Assembly: GCA_029953675.1 (NCBI GenBank)
Contig: JAMWBK010000004.1
Span: 2,356,001 to 2,420,000, forward strand
DNA: 64,000 bases
Direction of reading: 5' to 3'
From: Rhodosorus marinus CCMP1338
Taxonomy: Eukaryota; Plantae; Rhodophyta
Below are positions 37,068-47,239 of the stretch, one piece after another (the stretch's first letter is position 1; every line of letters starts with the position of its first letter). The notes below the pieces were generated by a model. The model saw nothing but the letters and a program-made list of their open reading frames with translations, ran no database searches and was not told the origin of the DNA. The translations under genes and the position numbers were made by a program.

Positions 37068-38357
37068 ATGAATCGGATAGGCTCGTTGGCGAGGGCGCTG
37101 GGGGGGTCTTCGACAGGCTCTCGGGGCCTGTTGAACCAGCTTCGAGCTGGTTCGTCGGGAGGTCTCTTGGGCGCGAGACAGAGGAATGTTTTGATGCACG
37201 AGCGAACGTTCTTCCTTTCTGGTTGGAGGAAGGCTAATGCGACTGCAAGTGCGTCCCAGTCCTCTGAGAACAGGAACGACTATGACTGGGTTTCGCCAGA
37301 GGCGCAAGTTCTGATAGCCAAGGCGTACGCGAGGCACAAGCAGCTGGCAGACTCTGGAAAAGCATTTCCTCCTGGTCTGTCCGTGGATGACATGGAGAAG
37401 GGACTATCTGAGCCAATCCATTTCGAGCCCCAGACTATTATGGACAGTATCGCGTACAATGTCATGCGGTTTCTGCGAAGGTTTACCCACGCCTTCTTCC
37501 GAAAGGTATTGAAAGTGCTCCCTTAACGAGATTGTGCTCTGAATGCATCATGCTGATAGTGTTGATATTACGTCCAAACACTAGAAATACGATCACCACG
37601 CTGTTGTATTGGAAACTGTAGCTGCAGTGCCTGGAATCGTCGCGGCTATGCATCGTCATCTTCGCTCCCTCAGAAGAATGGAGCGTGATCATGGGTGGAT
37701 TAATCCACTCCTTGAAGAAGCAGAGAATGAAAGAATGCATCTCCTGATCTGGATGCAAGTTACTAAGCCAAGCATGTTGGAGCGAGGCCTGGTCATGGTC
37801 GCGCAGGGCGCATACGTCGTGTTCTATATGGGCCTGTACTTGATATCCCCTAGCGCATCGCACAGGCTCGTGGGTTATCTCGAAGAGGAGGCACACTTGG
37901 CCTACTCAGATTACTTAAGGGCCCTGGACGCTAAGGAAATCGAGAACCGACCTGCTCCTCAGATTGCCAAAGAGTACTACCATCTCCCTGACAACGCGAC
38001 CATCAGGGATGTCGTATTGCACGTTCGTGCAGACGAGTGCATGCATCGGGATTTCAACCACATGCTCTCTAACAAGTATAAGTAAGCCATGAATTGCGAG
38101 CACATGGCCCTCACCACCCCGCAATTCCTCTTAACCCTTGCCGTCTTCACTTTGCTTTTTCCAGGAACAAGGACTTGAACTCGCGGCCTGCGTTCATCGG
38201 CGGCGACTTTCGAGCAGAAGAACCGGAGACTATGGCCAGAGAGGGTATAATGACGGACCCTTACGACGAAACGACTCCCAAAAGCACGGAATCAGAACCG
38301 GCAACATCTCGGAGCTCCACGAAAGCCACGAAATCTACGAAAGCCGGGGAAAGCTGA
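37068..38357 (+). CDS. AOX: Mitochondrial alternative oxidase, 3 exons
   Basis: Introns 37506-37584 and 38082-38164. Di-iron motifs LETVAAVPG, EEAENERMHL, HRLVGYLEEEA, RADECMHRDFNH. Confidence 0.97.
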
Positions 38358-39051
38358 TTTTGAGGAAGCGTAGAAAGCAATTCTTGACCTACATGCGGGG
38401 TCAGTAGCCCCCATTTCACGCACGCTTCCGGGCTTAGTATCGTTTATTGGCTGAGGAATAGCTCTAAGCCCTATCTATCTACTTCAAAAAAACTAGTATT
38501 CTTGATTCTTGCAGCGTAAAGACAACTTCGATATCGAAAACCTGTGTGCTGAAGCCACCCTTCAAAGCCTTGCGCGCTTTACCAGAAAATGTACAGAGTA
38601 GGATACTCAAGCCACGGGGAGAAGGGAGATTGCCAAAATCTGAACAGATGAAAGACACATACAAGAGCAGAGCACCTCGAACGAAAGCTAAAGTCTTCAT
38701 CCAAACTCCTCAGAAGGAAAGAACAGATCATCTACTGACCCGACGGGGCGATGGCTCTCGTGGTTGGGTGTTGACTTGTGCTTTCAGGTTCCGGTACAGT
38801 CAGGTGCATGCAATCTAAACTCCTCGGAAAGCTACCATACCCTTTTATGGAAGGAAGTCCGAACCACTCCCATCAGTAAAACCACCACCGACCCCAACAG
38901 GGACGTGGCGTAACTTTCGTGAACCCAAATTTCAGTAGCCATTGTCGAGGGCTGGCATCAAGTGATGGTACGGAATGGGGGTGTAGGGTTTCCAAATCTT
39001 TGTTTTGAAATGGAATAGGTTGGAAAGATATCCGTCTAGATCCTAGGTTCA

Positions 39052-39423
39052 ATGTTTAGGTGCTTTCGTTCTTCTGGAAACGATGGTGAGAATGCGACAA
39101 GCGAAGATGAGGATAGGATTCTGACAAAATTTTCCCTACTGCAACCAATCGAGAAGAGCGTATTTGTTCGTGGCTCTTGGGACGACTTCCGGGGAAGGAC
39201 AGCAATGAAGTCGAGGTCATCCAAGGATTTGAGGTCAGTGTATGAGGTAGAAATACCCTTGAAACCTGGGAAATACTTGTTCCGGTACTACGTGGACGGA
39301 AAGTCCTGCCTAGCGAAACTGAAACCTGTGGAAACGTACAACGGTGAAAACTACAGCGTACTCCACGTCCTGGAGAACGCGCTCAACTGTGGCTCATCAA
39401 GATCGCACGAAACCAGAAGTTAA
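39052..39423 (+). CDS. Stand-alone AMPK-beta-type CBM48 glycan-binding-domain protein
   Basis: VFVRGSWDDF...VEIPLKPGKYLFRYYVDG...ENYSVLHV; no other domain in 123 aa. Confidence 0.75.
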   Translation: MFRCFRSSGNDGENATSEDEDRILTKFSLLQPIEKSVFVRGSWDDFRGRTAMKSRSSKDLRSVYEVEIPLKPGKYLFRYYVDGKSCLAKLKPVETYNGENYSVLHVLENALNCGSSRSHETRS

Positions 39424-40414
39424 ACTTCGCTAGAGAGACACCTGATAAAACCAAAAAGAAACATCGACTAACAGACTACGAAAACCAACCACGCACATGG
39501 CCAGTTGAAAACCATATCCAAAAGTGTTCGGTCAGGATAAACCAAAACACTCAGAAGATGAAAAAAAAGGGTTTGCGTATCTAGACAAGATTCTAATAAA
39601 CCTATAACTTGCTAGCCTCTATCGAAAGCTCTGAATCTGACCAGAGTACCTTCCTCAAGCTATCCCAAGGTCAAACCCTGCCTGCCACTCCAGCCCATTT
39701 CTCCAACAAAAACTCTCAACAAAGTCTCCCACATCTTCAAATTTCACAAATTTCTAAATCGATTTTTACAAGATCCGACCGTTCAGCAACCTTTTTTTTT
39801 TTTAGCTTCCGAACCCAACAAATCCTATTTTACAAAATAATAATATCACTCAATCACTACATCACGTATATATAATATAAAAAAGATGATACTGTGCTCT
39901 CTATTATATAATTCTGATAATCAATATAAATAAAAATTATTTATGTAAATAAAAGAGTTGCTATCAATATATAACCAATTGTTGTTCTAGGACTCTTTTA
40001 TTTTGTAAATTACATTCTATTGTATTCAAATATTAATATTTTAGACCGTGCTTGATTTTGTATTTTTATATGAAGAAAAACATGTCATGTTTGGATTGAT
40101 TCAATCAATAATAGAGATACACGATCTCCACGGCCATCGCTCTGTGGGCTATGGTCGTGGACCGGTTGGATCGATCGAGTTTGTACTGCTTTGTAGGGGA
40201 GGTATCGAGTTGGGACTGCTCTATGTTGGAGAGGGAAGGATTGGAGTTGGGACTTGCGCGTTGTCTTTCTCTCTCTCTCTCTCTTTCCTTATTTTTCTTG
40301 TGTTGATTTTTTGAGGTAACCTGAAAAAACTGAGTGGGTTTCGGTTTTGGTCTGAAGTCTGGGGTAGTTGTTTTGGAAACAGGAATATTGCGTTTTTAGA
40401 GTGGGATTGGTGTG

Positions 40415-41940
40415 ATGGAATCGATGATGTTGGGATTCGTGGGCTCTGGGTTTCTTGGCCAGAGCGTTGTTAGCCGTGTACAGGTTTCTTCCCGGAAGGA
40501 TGCTCGTAGAAATGTTAGGGTGACTCCTCGTATGGATGCTGAGTACAGGACTGGGGTGAAGCGGAACGAGAATTTTTCCAAGCTTCAGGCTGGATATCTC
40601 TTTCCGGAAATAGCTAGACGAAGGAATGCCTATATTGAGGAGAATCCAGATAAGGACATCATCTCCCTCGGAATTGGGGATACGACTTTGCCTATTCCGG
40701 ATCACATCCGATCTGGCCTGCAGGCCGGAGCCAGCAAGCTAGGCACCAAGGAGGGATACTCTGGGTACGGTGCCGAGCAAGGCAGCGCAGGTCTACGGGA
40801 TAAAATCGCCTCAAATATTTACAGTGATCGTGTCAAGCCCGAAGAAGTGTTTGTGAGTGATGGCGCGAAGTGCGATATTGCCCGTTTGCAGATGATGTTT
40901 GGACCCGGGACGACCAGTGCCGTGCAGGATCCGTCCTATCCCGTCTACGTTGACACATCTGTCATGCAAGGTCAGACGCAGCTCTTCAACGAAGGGACTT
41001 CCCAGTTCGACGGAATCACGTACATGCGCTGCGACGCGTCCAATGGCTTCTTTCCGGACCTCGAAAACACACAAAGGACGGACGTCATCTTCTTCTGCTC
41101 CCCAAACAATCCGACTGGAGCTGCAGCTTCCAAGTCCCAACTCGAGGAGCTCGTCAGCTTTGCAAAGAAGAATGGGAGCATCATCGTCTATGACGCAGCC
41201 TATGCACCATTTGTGAGGAGCTCAGATGTGCCGAAGAGCATCCTTGAAATCGAAGGAGCACGCGAGGTCGCAATTGAGTGCAATTCGTTCTCCAAGTATG
41301 CCGGCTTCACAGGCGTTCGACTGGTGAGCACTCGTCCATATTCTCTGCAAGCTTCGTGCTCTCCTTCCTGCTGCCCGGAGGTCTTACCCGTTTCTTTGAT
41401 CGCTCGGTAGGGTTGGGTAGTTGTTCCCAATGAGCTGAAGTATTCAGATGGAACCAAAGTGCGCGCAGACTTCAACAGAGTGATGACAACTTGCTTCAAC
41501 GGAGCATCTAATATTGCTCAGAGTGGAGGACTGGCGTGTCTAGACAAGGAGGGATTGGATGAGATCGAGGGACTTATAGACTACTATATGAAGAACGCGG
41601 CATTGCTGAGAACGACAATGATCGACCTCGGGTTTGATGTTTATGGCGGTACCGATGCTCCGTACGTATGGGTCAGCTTCCCAGGAAGAAGCTCCTGGGA
41701 CGTCTTCAGCGAGATCCTGGAGAAGACGCAGGTGGTGACAATCCCGGGTGCCGGTCAGTATTCTTTTGCCTGCAGAATCGCACTCCCTGTAAATGGCTTT
41801 CCTAGAGCTGAGTAACTGTGTTCGCTGTTGAACTTCTAGGTTTTGGCCCAGGCGGCGATGGGTTCATCCGCATGAGTGCCTTCGCGTCGAAGGAATCCTG
41901 CGAGGAGGCCTGCGAAAGGTTCAGGAAGATGTATGGTTGA
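40415..41940 (+). CDS. dapL: LL-diaminopimelate aminotransferase, plastid-targeted, 3 exons
   Basis: Introns 41324-41410 and 41754-41839. [52 protein letters not shown] (PLP Lys), [10 protein letters not shown]. Confidence 0.96.
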
Positions 41941-42304
41941 ATTGAAATGAAAAGAATGCGAGTAGCCGAGGGCTGGGATGACGCAATGGTGTTGTGCAAT
42001 GAACTGCCTAGAAGAGCCGAAAACGCCTTTTTTTCACAACATGCATGTATCTTGCTTGGGAACATCAGTTGCAAGTCATGCATTTGTCCGCTCGTTAAAA
42101 GACTGCTGACTGCCAAAGCCATATCGAGAAATCCTCTCTGTTTGCCACTTCCACGCATTCCAAAAACTACGGGGAATACATTCAAAAGTGGGGAGACTTG
42201 TAATCAAGTAGAGCCGCAATTGTTTTCTTTCTTTTTATGCAATAACGAAAAGAACCTCGGGAAAAGACGATTATCGGGAGAAAAATGTTTATTCGCGAAG
42301 TCTT

Positions 42305-43288
42305 CTATTTACCATAAGCCCCTCCTCGCATCATCGCCGCTACAGCAGGGAAAGTGGTGAACAGCAGCTCCTCATGGTTGCAGTTATGGGCATAAAGCGC
42401 AAGCGCCTGCTTAACCTGTGCACGCCTCGCACCTTGACGCACGGACTCACTCAATTGTGAGGTGCGGAAAGCACTTGCAACTGTCGAAATTCTTAGATGC
42501 TCTGCATGATCCTTGGTTGTGCCGTCCAGGCAGTTAAACCCGTACACACCGTAAGGCACGGCCTTGACCATAAGCTGCTTATTCACACACTCGGCCATGT
42601 AGTTCTCAGAGAGGGTTTCCGGCATCGAATATCTGCTGCAGGCCATAGCTGATTCCGCCTTCTTCATGTTGTAAGCCATCGTCGCAGCTTTGTACTTGGA
42701 GAACTTCAGCTCTTCCGCGTGGCAGCCATTGGCGCTGATCATGGCCTCTTTGCGGTTCTCATAAAGCTCTCGCTTCCTCAAATTCATGGGTTTCTGCTTC
42801 TGCCTGAACTCGTAGGCCAGAGCACGCACGCGGGCGATATCTGCAGCTCCCTTTGTCGTTCCTTCAGTGCACATCGTTGAATAGATTCCGTTCTGCATGG
42901 TCTTGCCCTTGTACGCCTTCGTAATCTTGTCAGCCATGAACAAGTCCTCGGCCCTGGCGGGGAAGTCGATCGGGTCGTACAGGGGTCTTATTTCCGCTGC
43001 GGGCGGAGGGTAAAGATCCGGGTTTGCCATAATGTCGAGAATTCGATCAGTGTCCACCACAAACGGCATGTCCTCCACCGGGACATTGGCCTCCGGGAGA
43101 GCAGTTGCAGTCTCCCCAAGTCGCTCCTTAATCAAGTCTGTGAACTTCTCCTCAAACTGATACCGCCTCTGCCTCTGATTAAGACCCATAACAACCTTGT
43201 TCCTGTCCTCCTTCGCTGACTTGGCGTTGCAAGCAGCTCCCGAGGAGCCCAAAAACAGGCTCTGGCTTGAACCCACAACGAAAGCCAT
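42305..43288 (-). CDS. Phycoerythrin gamma-subunit family phycobilisome linker (LR-gamma), intronless
   Basis: MAFV transit peptide. Two gamma repeats: GIYSTMCTEG...FRQKQKP...YENRK...GCHAEE and ENYMA...GVYGFNCLDG...AHNCNHEE...FPAVAA. Confidence 0.9.
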   Translation of the reverse strand: MAFVVGSSQSLFLGSSGAACNAKSAKEDRNKVVMGLNQRQRRYQFEEKFTDLIKERLGETATALPEANVPVEDMPFVVDTDRILDIMANPDLYPPPAAEIRPLYDPIDFPARAEDLFMADKITKAYKGKTMQNGIYSTMCTEGTTKGAADIARVRALAYEFRQKQKPMNLRKRELYENRKEAMISANGCHAEELKFSKYKAATMAYNMKKAESAMACSRYSMPETLSENYMAECVNKQLMVKAVPYGVYGFNCLDGTTKDHAEHLRISTVASAFRTSQLSESVRQGARRAQVKQALALYAHNCNHEELLFTTFPAVAAMMRGGAYGK

Positions 43289-44124
43289 GATCTGGATCTC
43301 ACCTAAATCCCCTTCTTCCAAAAAAAAGAGCAACACTTCCGCCTGCTGAAATCTCACTCCACCACTAACAAACCCTCAGAAAGCACAAAGCATTCAACAG
43401 AGCTCAGTCAGGAGTAGCACCCGTAACTAGTCCCTCTGCAACGTTCCCATTGTCACTTATATCCGTCCAAACGAACCTCAACGCAACTGTTCCCTCCGAT
43501 AGCTGTTTTTTTTTAATTTTTCCAAACGACTTCCCCGACCAGAGAGATCCGCCTCATACACCCCCTCCCTATAAACCACCCTAATGCATTCCCCACGATC
43601 GGATTCTGTGTCACTTACTACCCGTTCACCGCAACGCTCTTATCGTAAAATGAACGGAAAAATTTCCTCAGAATATTATTCAGATCTAAGTGGATCAATT
43701 TTCTAACCCTCACGATCAGTTTGCAAAAAAAGGATAAGAATCCACGGATTCAATCCTACCCCTGGTTTGTCGCCTTTGCGCAGATCTTGAGATCCGTTCG
43801 TTCTGCAAATTAAAAAATTTACATGCTTTTGCAGAGACAAGTCAACTTGACTTGAAACTAGCTTTGTGAGGCCACTGAGATATTTCCGTGAACGCGCTTC
43901 TGAGATTTCATGAATGAAGGAAAAAATATTCTTGTGAGTACGCCATTGATTGAATTAGAGGCTTATTGACTGGGCTATTTCTAAACGAACAATGATTGGG
44001 TTGTTTCTGTGGCTCTTGCGTCTGTTTTTGTGTATGACATCTAAGCGTATAAAATACGAAAATTAAATAGTTTCAATACATTAAATTTCTAAATGAGGAC
44101 TCAGTGGGTGTAGTATTTTTGATT

Positions 44125-44139
44125 GATAAGGGCACGTGG
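44125..44139. promoter_or_regulatory. Adjacent I-box (GATAAG) and G-box (CACGTGG) upstream of the PE gamma linker
   Basis: gataagggcacgtgg lies about 840 bp upstream of the ATG at 43288. Confidence 0.3.
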
Positions 44140-45109
44140 TAAGCGTAAACGATATATACTGGTCAATATATACAATTATTTGAGTTTTAAGTATTGGTTT
44201 GTGGAGATATATGGATGGTTCGAGAATAATTTTGATAGTCATTAACTTATATTAACAAGAAGAATATATTGAGCTCGATGAATATCACGCTAACAATAAC
44301 TTTATTCGCTATAGTGAGATCGAAAAAGGCAATATTCTGATGCGAGCTAGAGGGCGGCTGGGAGCGCTCGTACCCTGCTACAGCAAATTTTTCTCAGCAT
44401 CGGCAAGGTCATACTATACTTTCTTTATTTTGTAGAAAACTATATCGATCAGATAAGAGTTTTGATTTGACATAATCGTTCATAAATATTTAATTTTATG
44501 TTTATTTTCATCCTGCAGACTTCTTAATTGGCTAATACTAGAGAACATGCTGTTAATTCGTCAGATTTCCTTAGTTCTGACATACGAAGATGGTGTATGG
44601 ATTTAGAATTGTACTATTTCAGTTAAAATGTATGTTATTCCTTAAATTGTTGTCTGTTTCTTCAATTTCATTGCCGTTTAATTTTCCGATTTCCCTGGCT
44701 GCAAAGCAAAGGAGAGTTCCCTTCGCTATTGGTGAGTGCAGGTGAGTACCACCCCTTCCACCCCCACCCGGAACCAGAAGTTCGATCAGCTTCTCCGAGT
44801 TGTGACAGTGGACTCAATAGTGAAACGCGTTCAGAAGTGATCTATCCATATGTAGAAACGAGCCGTGCTTTCTTTTCTCTTCCCGTTTTGTGCACCGTGG
44901 TCCAGTCCAGGGCGCATGGAAATCAAGAGCTTTCCTCGCATGTTGAAAGATACGGGCAAGTACAAACGACGTCACATAAGTGTACGATGTACGACTTACG
45001 TACGCTTGTCCGCTCTAAAAAAGTCCTGTTGGAACGGAATTTCTCAGAAGAGAGAAGAGAAACAACATGCGGTAGCAGACTAGGGAAGCGAGCGAGTGAT
45101 GTGCAGGCC

Positions 45110-45171
45110 GCGTTGGCTTTTACTCAACACGTGTTGGCTTTTACTCAACGCGTGTTGGCTTTTACTCAACA
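45110..45171. repeat. 21-bp tandem repeat x3
   Basis: gtgttggcttttactcaac(a/g)c; units start at 45112, 45133 and 45154 (gttggc). Confidence 0.95.
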
Positions 45172-46000
45172 AGAATCCGCAGGCTGCTGTTTCGAAAGCT
45201 GGTTTGGGCTAGAAGACTTAAGCGAGTGCTTCGAGGGTAGGTAAACTAGTAGTCCAGTGTACTAGACCGTCAGTCTAGTATTCGTTCCAGCGAGAGCATG
45301 GCACAATAGCACGAAACTCCCGCGCCGCTCGGGCGGTCTCCAGCGAGCCTTCGCAGCCAACCTCTAGACTGTCTCCTGTTGGGGCTTGCTTCCTTCGATG
45401 TTTTGCTGTTCCTCTCGGTACAGCTGTGCGAGAAACGATTTAGAAAATCTACCTGGAACGGAACATCCTTCCAATCTCCTCAATGAGGATGGCAAGGTGA
45501 AGCCGAGCAAGGCGTTAATTACCCAAGCAAAATACGAGGCTGGCTTCTTCTCGTTCTTCTGAGGCGGACGAGCTGCAGAAGGCACAGTTTTTACTTAAGG
45601 CCGCATACAAATTCCCAGTGACAAGGCTGACACCAGAACCAGAAAAACAAGCACAAGAGTGTCGCAACTCTAGCTTATCGGGTTGCGGGTAGAATCGGCC
45701 ATTTTTAATATAATATAAAGATAACTTACATAAATTCTTTATCAGAATATCGAGTATCATCGATTTTCTCCTTGAAGCCGTTGAAGAAGATCACATATCC
45801 AGCTACCAGGCGTCAGGGACGGGCATGTACGATGATGATTCAAGGACACAGCAACAAATGTTGTTCACGGAGGCGAGTTTTTTTTTATATGCAATTTCTA
45901 TCGACCTAAGAGGCTTTGAGCATTGAAAAGTCGGTCACCACTCTGCTCTTATCCATCATCCATCCGTGCACAGATTCCAATCTCAAGAGTTAGGGGAAGG

Positions 46001-47239
46001 TCAAGCAGGAACGCTCAAGCTCCGTTCGCAGACTTCCGCTAAGAGAGCGTCCAGCGCGCTTGTGAAATCCGTAATAGAATCTACAGAAATGAAAGATCCG
46101 CTAGTAGACAGATCATTCAAAAGCACAGAGTCGATGAAATCACCTGCACCAATTGTAACAATCTGGATGCCAGAAGTCTTGATAGCGTCGCCCTGAGCTA
46201 CTAAGTCTGCGTTCGACGTTTTCCCAACCGTTGGCACTCCGTCCGTGACAAGAATGAGTACTCTGAACTCTTTGGGACTGCCGTTCAAGACTGTCTCGCA
46301 AGCTGACAAAGCAGACTCGATGTTTGTCCCAAACTTCTCCGTTGGTACTGTGATTTCCGAAACTGCTTCAGAAGCATTCGCGGAAGTCGTAAGGCCAGCA
46401 ATAACTTCTCCATCGTCTCCAAAAGTCGCAACACCGTACTCCAGATCGACCCCTCCATCAGTCTCTATGGCTTCGATTCCCATTACCACGAAGTCAATCT
46501 CACTCTGGAACGCTTCGTCAGATCCCCCGATAACAGGATCCCAGAGAGACTGCGATATGTCAACTGCAAAGCAAAACGCGGCGGTGTTGATATCGCAGCT
46601 TTGCGAGCACAGGAGCTCCACAGAACACCGTCTGAAAAAGCCGTTCGTAATGCAAGCCTTGTTATCCTTTGCAGGAAACGCATAATCTGTAATGAAGGGG
46701 TAGCTTCCACTTTTCCCGACTTCAAGTTTTGCGGCGACACAGATTTCCGTGTTGCAGCAACCCGTATCGTCCGGACCTGGCGGTGTGTCGAAGGAGTCGA
46801 GACATACAATGAGCGTCTTCGCCCTAACCCGGTCCTCCGGATCAACCCTCTTCGCCTTCTGGAAAGGGTACTCCTTTTTCTCATGGCAGTTCGCAGACGC
46901 TCCTGCAAACACTCTGGTCATGATGTAGTCGTTAAGCGTTCGATACTGGAACTTGATGCACGTTTTGTTGGTGACTTCCGCAATCTTCAGGCAAACTATT
47001 CCCGCCTTCTCAGACGGTCCCTCCCAGCCTCCCCAATGCTCTATAAAGAGGGAAAAGCACTTAATATTGTCCTCGGAGTCAATCGTCACCTTATCAAACA
47101 TACTCGCATAATGGTCGCACGTCAAATAGTTCGTACGAGCGGACATCAATTTTCTGTCTAGTACTGCTTCCCCACTAATCGTCGCACACAGCGACAAACC
47201 AACTACCGCAAAAGCGGTCAAGCGCAAGAACCCGTTCAT
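46001..47239 (-). CDS. Secreted Cys-rich domain + von Willebrand factor A protein, intronless
   Basis: Signal peptide MNGFLRLTAFAVVGLSLCATISG. vWA MIDAS DISQS, TNIESAL, VLILVTDG. Confidence 0.85.
   Translation of the reverse strand: MNGFLRLTAFAVVGLSLCATISGEAVLDRKLMSARTNYLTCDHYASMFDKVTIDSEDNIKCFSLFIEHWGGWEGPSEKAGIVCLKIAEVTNKTCIKFQYRTLNDYIMTRVFAGASANCHEKKEYPFQKAKRVDPEDRVRAKTLIVCLDSFDTPPGPDDTGCCNTEICVAAKLEVGKSGSYPFITDYAFPAKDNKACITNGFFRRCSVELLCSQSCDINTAAFCFAVDISQSLWDPVIGGSDEAFQSEIDFVVMGIEAIETDGGVDLEYGVATFGDDGEVIAGLTTSANASEAVSEITVPTEKFGTNIESALSACETVLNGSPKEFRVLILVTDGVPTVGKTSNADLVAQGDAIKTSGIQIVTIGAGDFIDSVLLNDLSTSGSFISVDSITDFTSALDALLAEVCERSLSVPA

Noticed and set aside
15992-38357. A respiratory gene cluster (Rieske, AOX, mitochondrial microprotein)
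   Set aside because: The genes are more than 5-20 kb apart and interleaved with unrelated housekeeping genes, which is compatible with chance.
2684-41940. Introner-like repeated introns or non-canonical (AT-AC) introns
   Set aside because: All introns I resolved are GT-AG and mutually unrelated in sequence, apart from frequent GTAGG donors.
45110-45171. CRISPR-like array or U5 snRNA loop I
   Set aside because: Units are contiguous with no spacers. The loop GCUUUUACU differs from the invariant U5 GCCUUUUAC, and I found no Sm site or U5 stem context.
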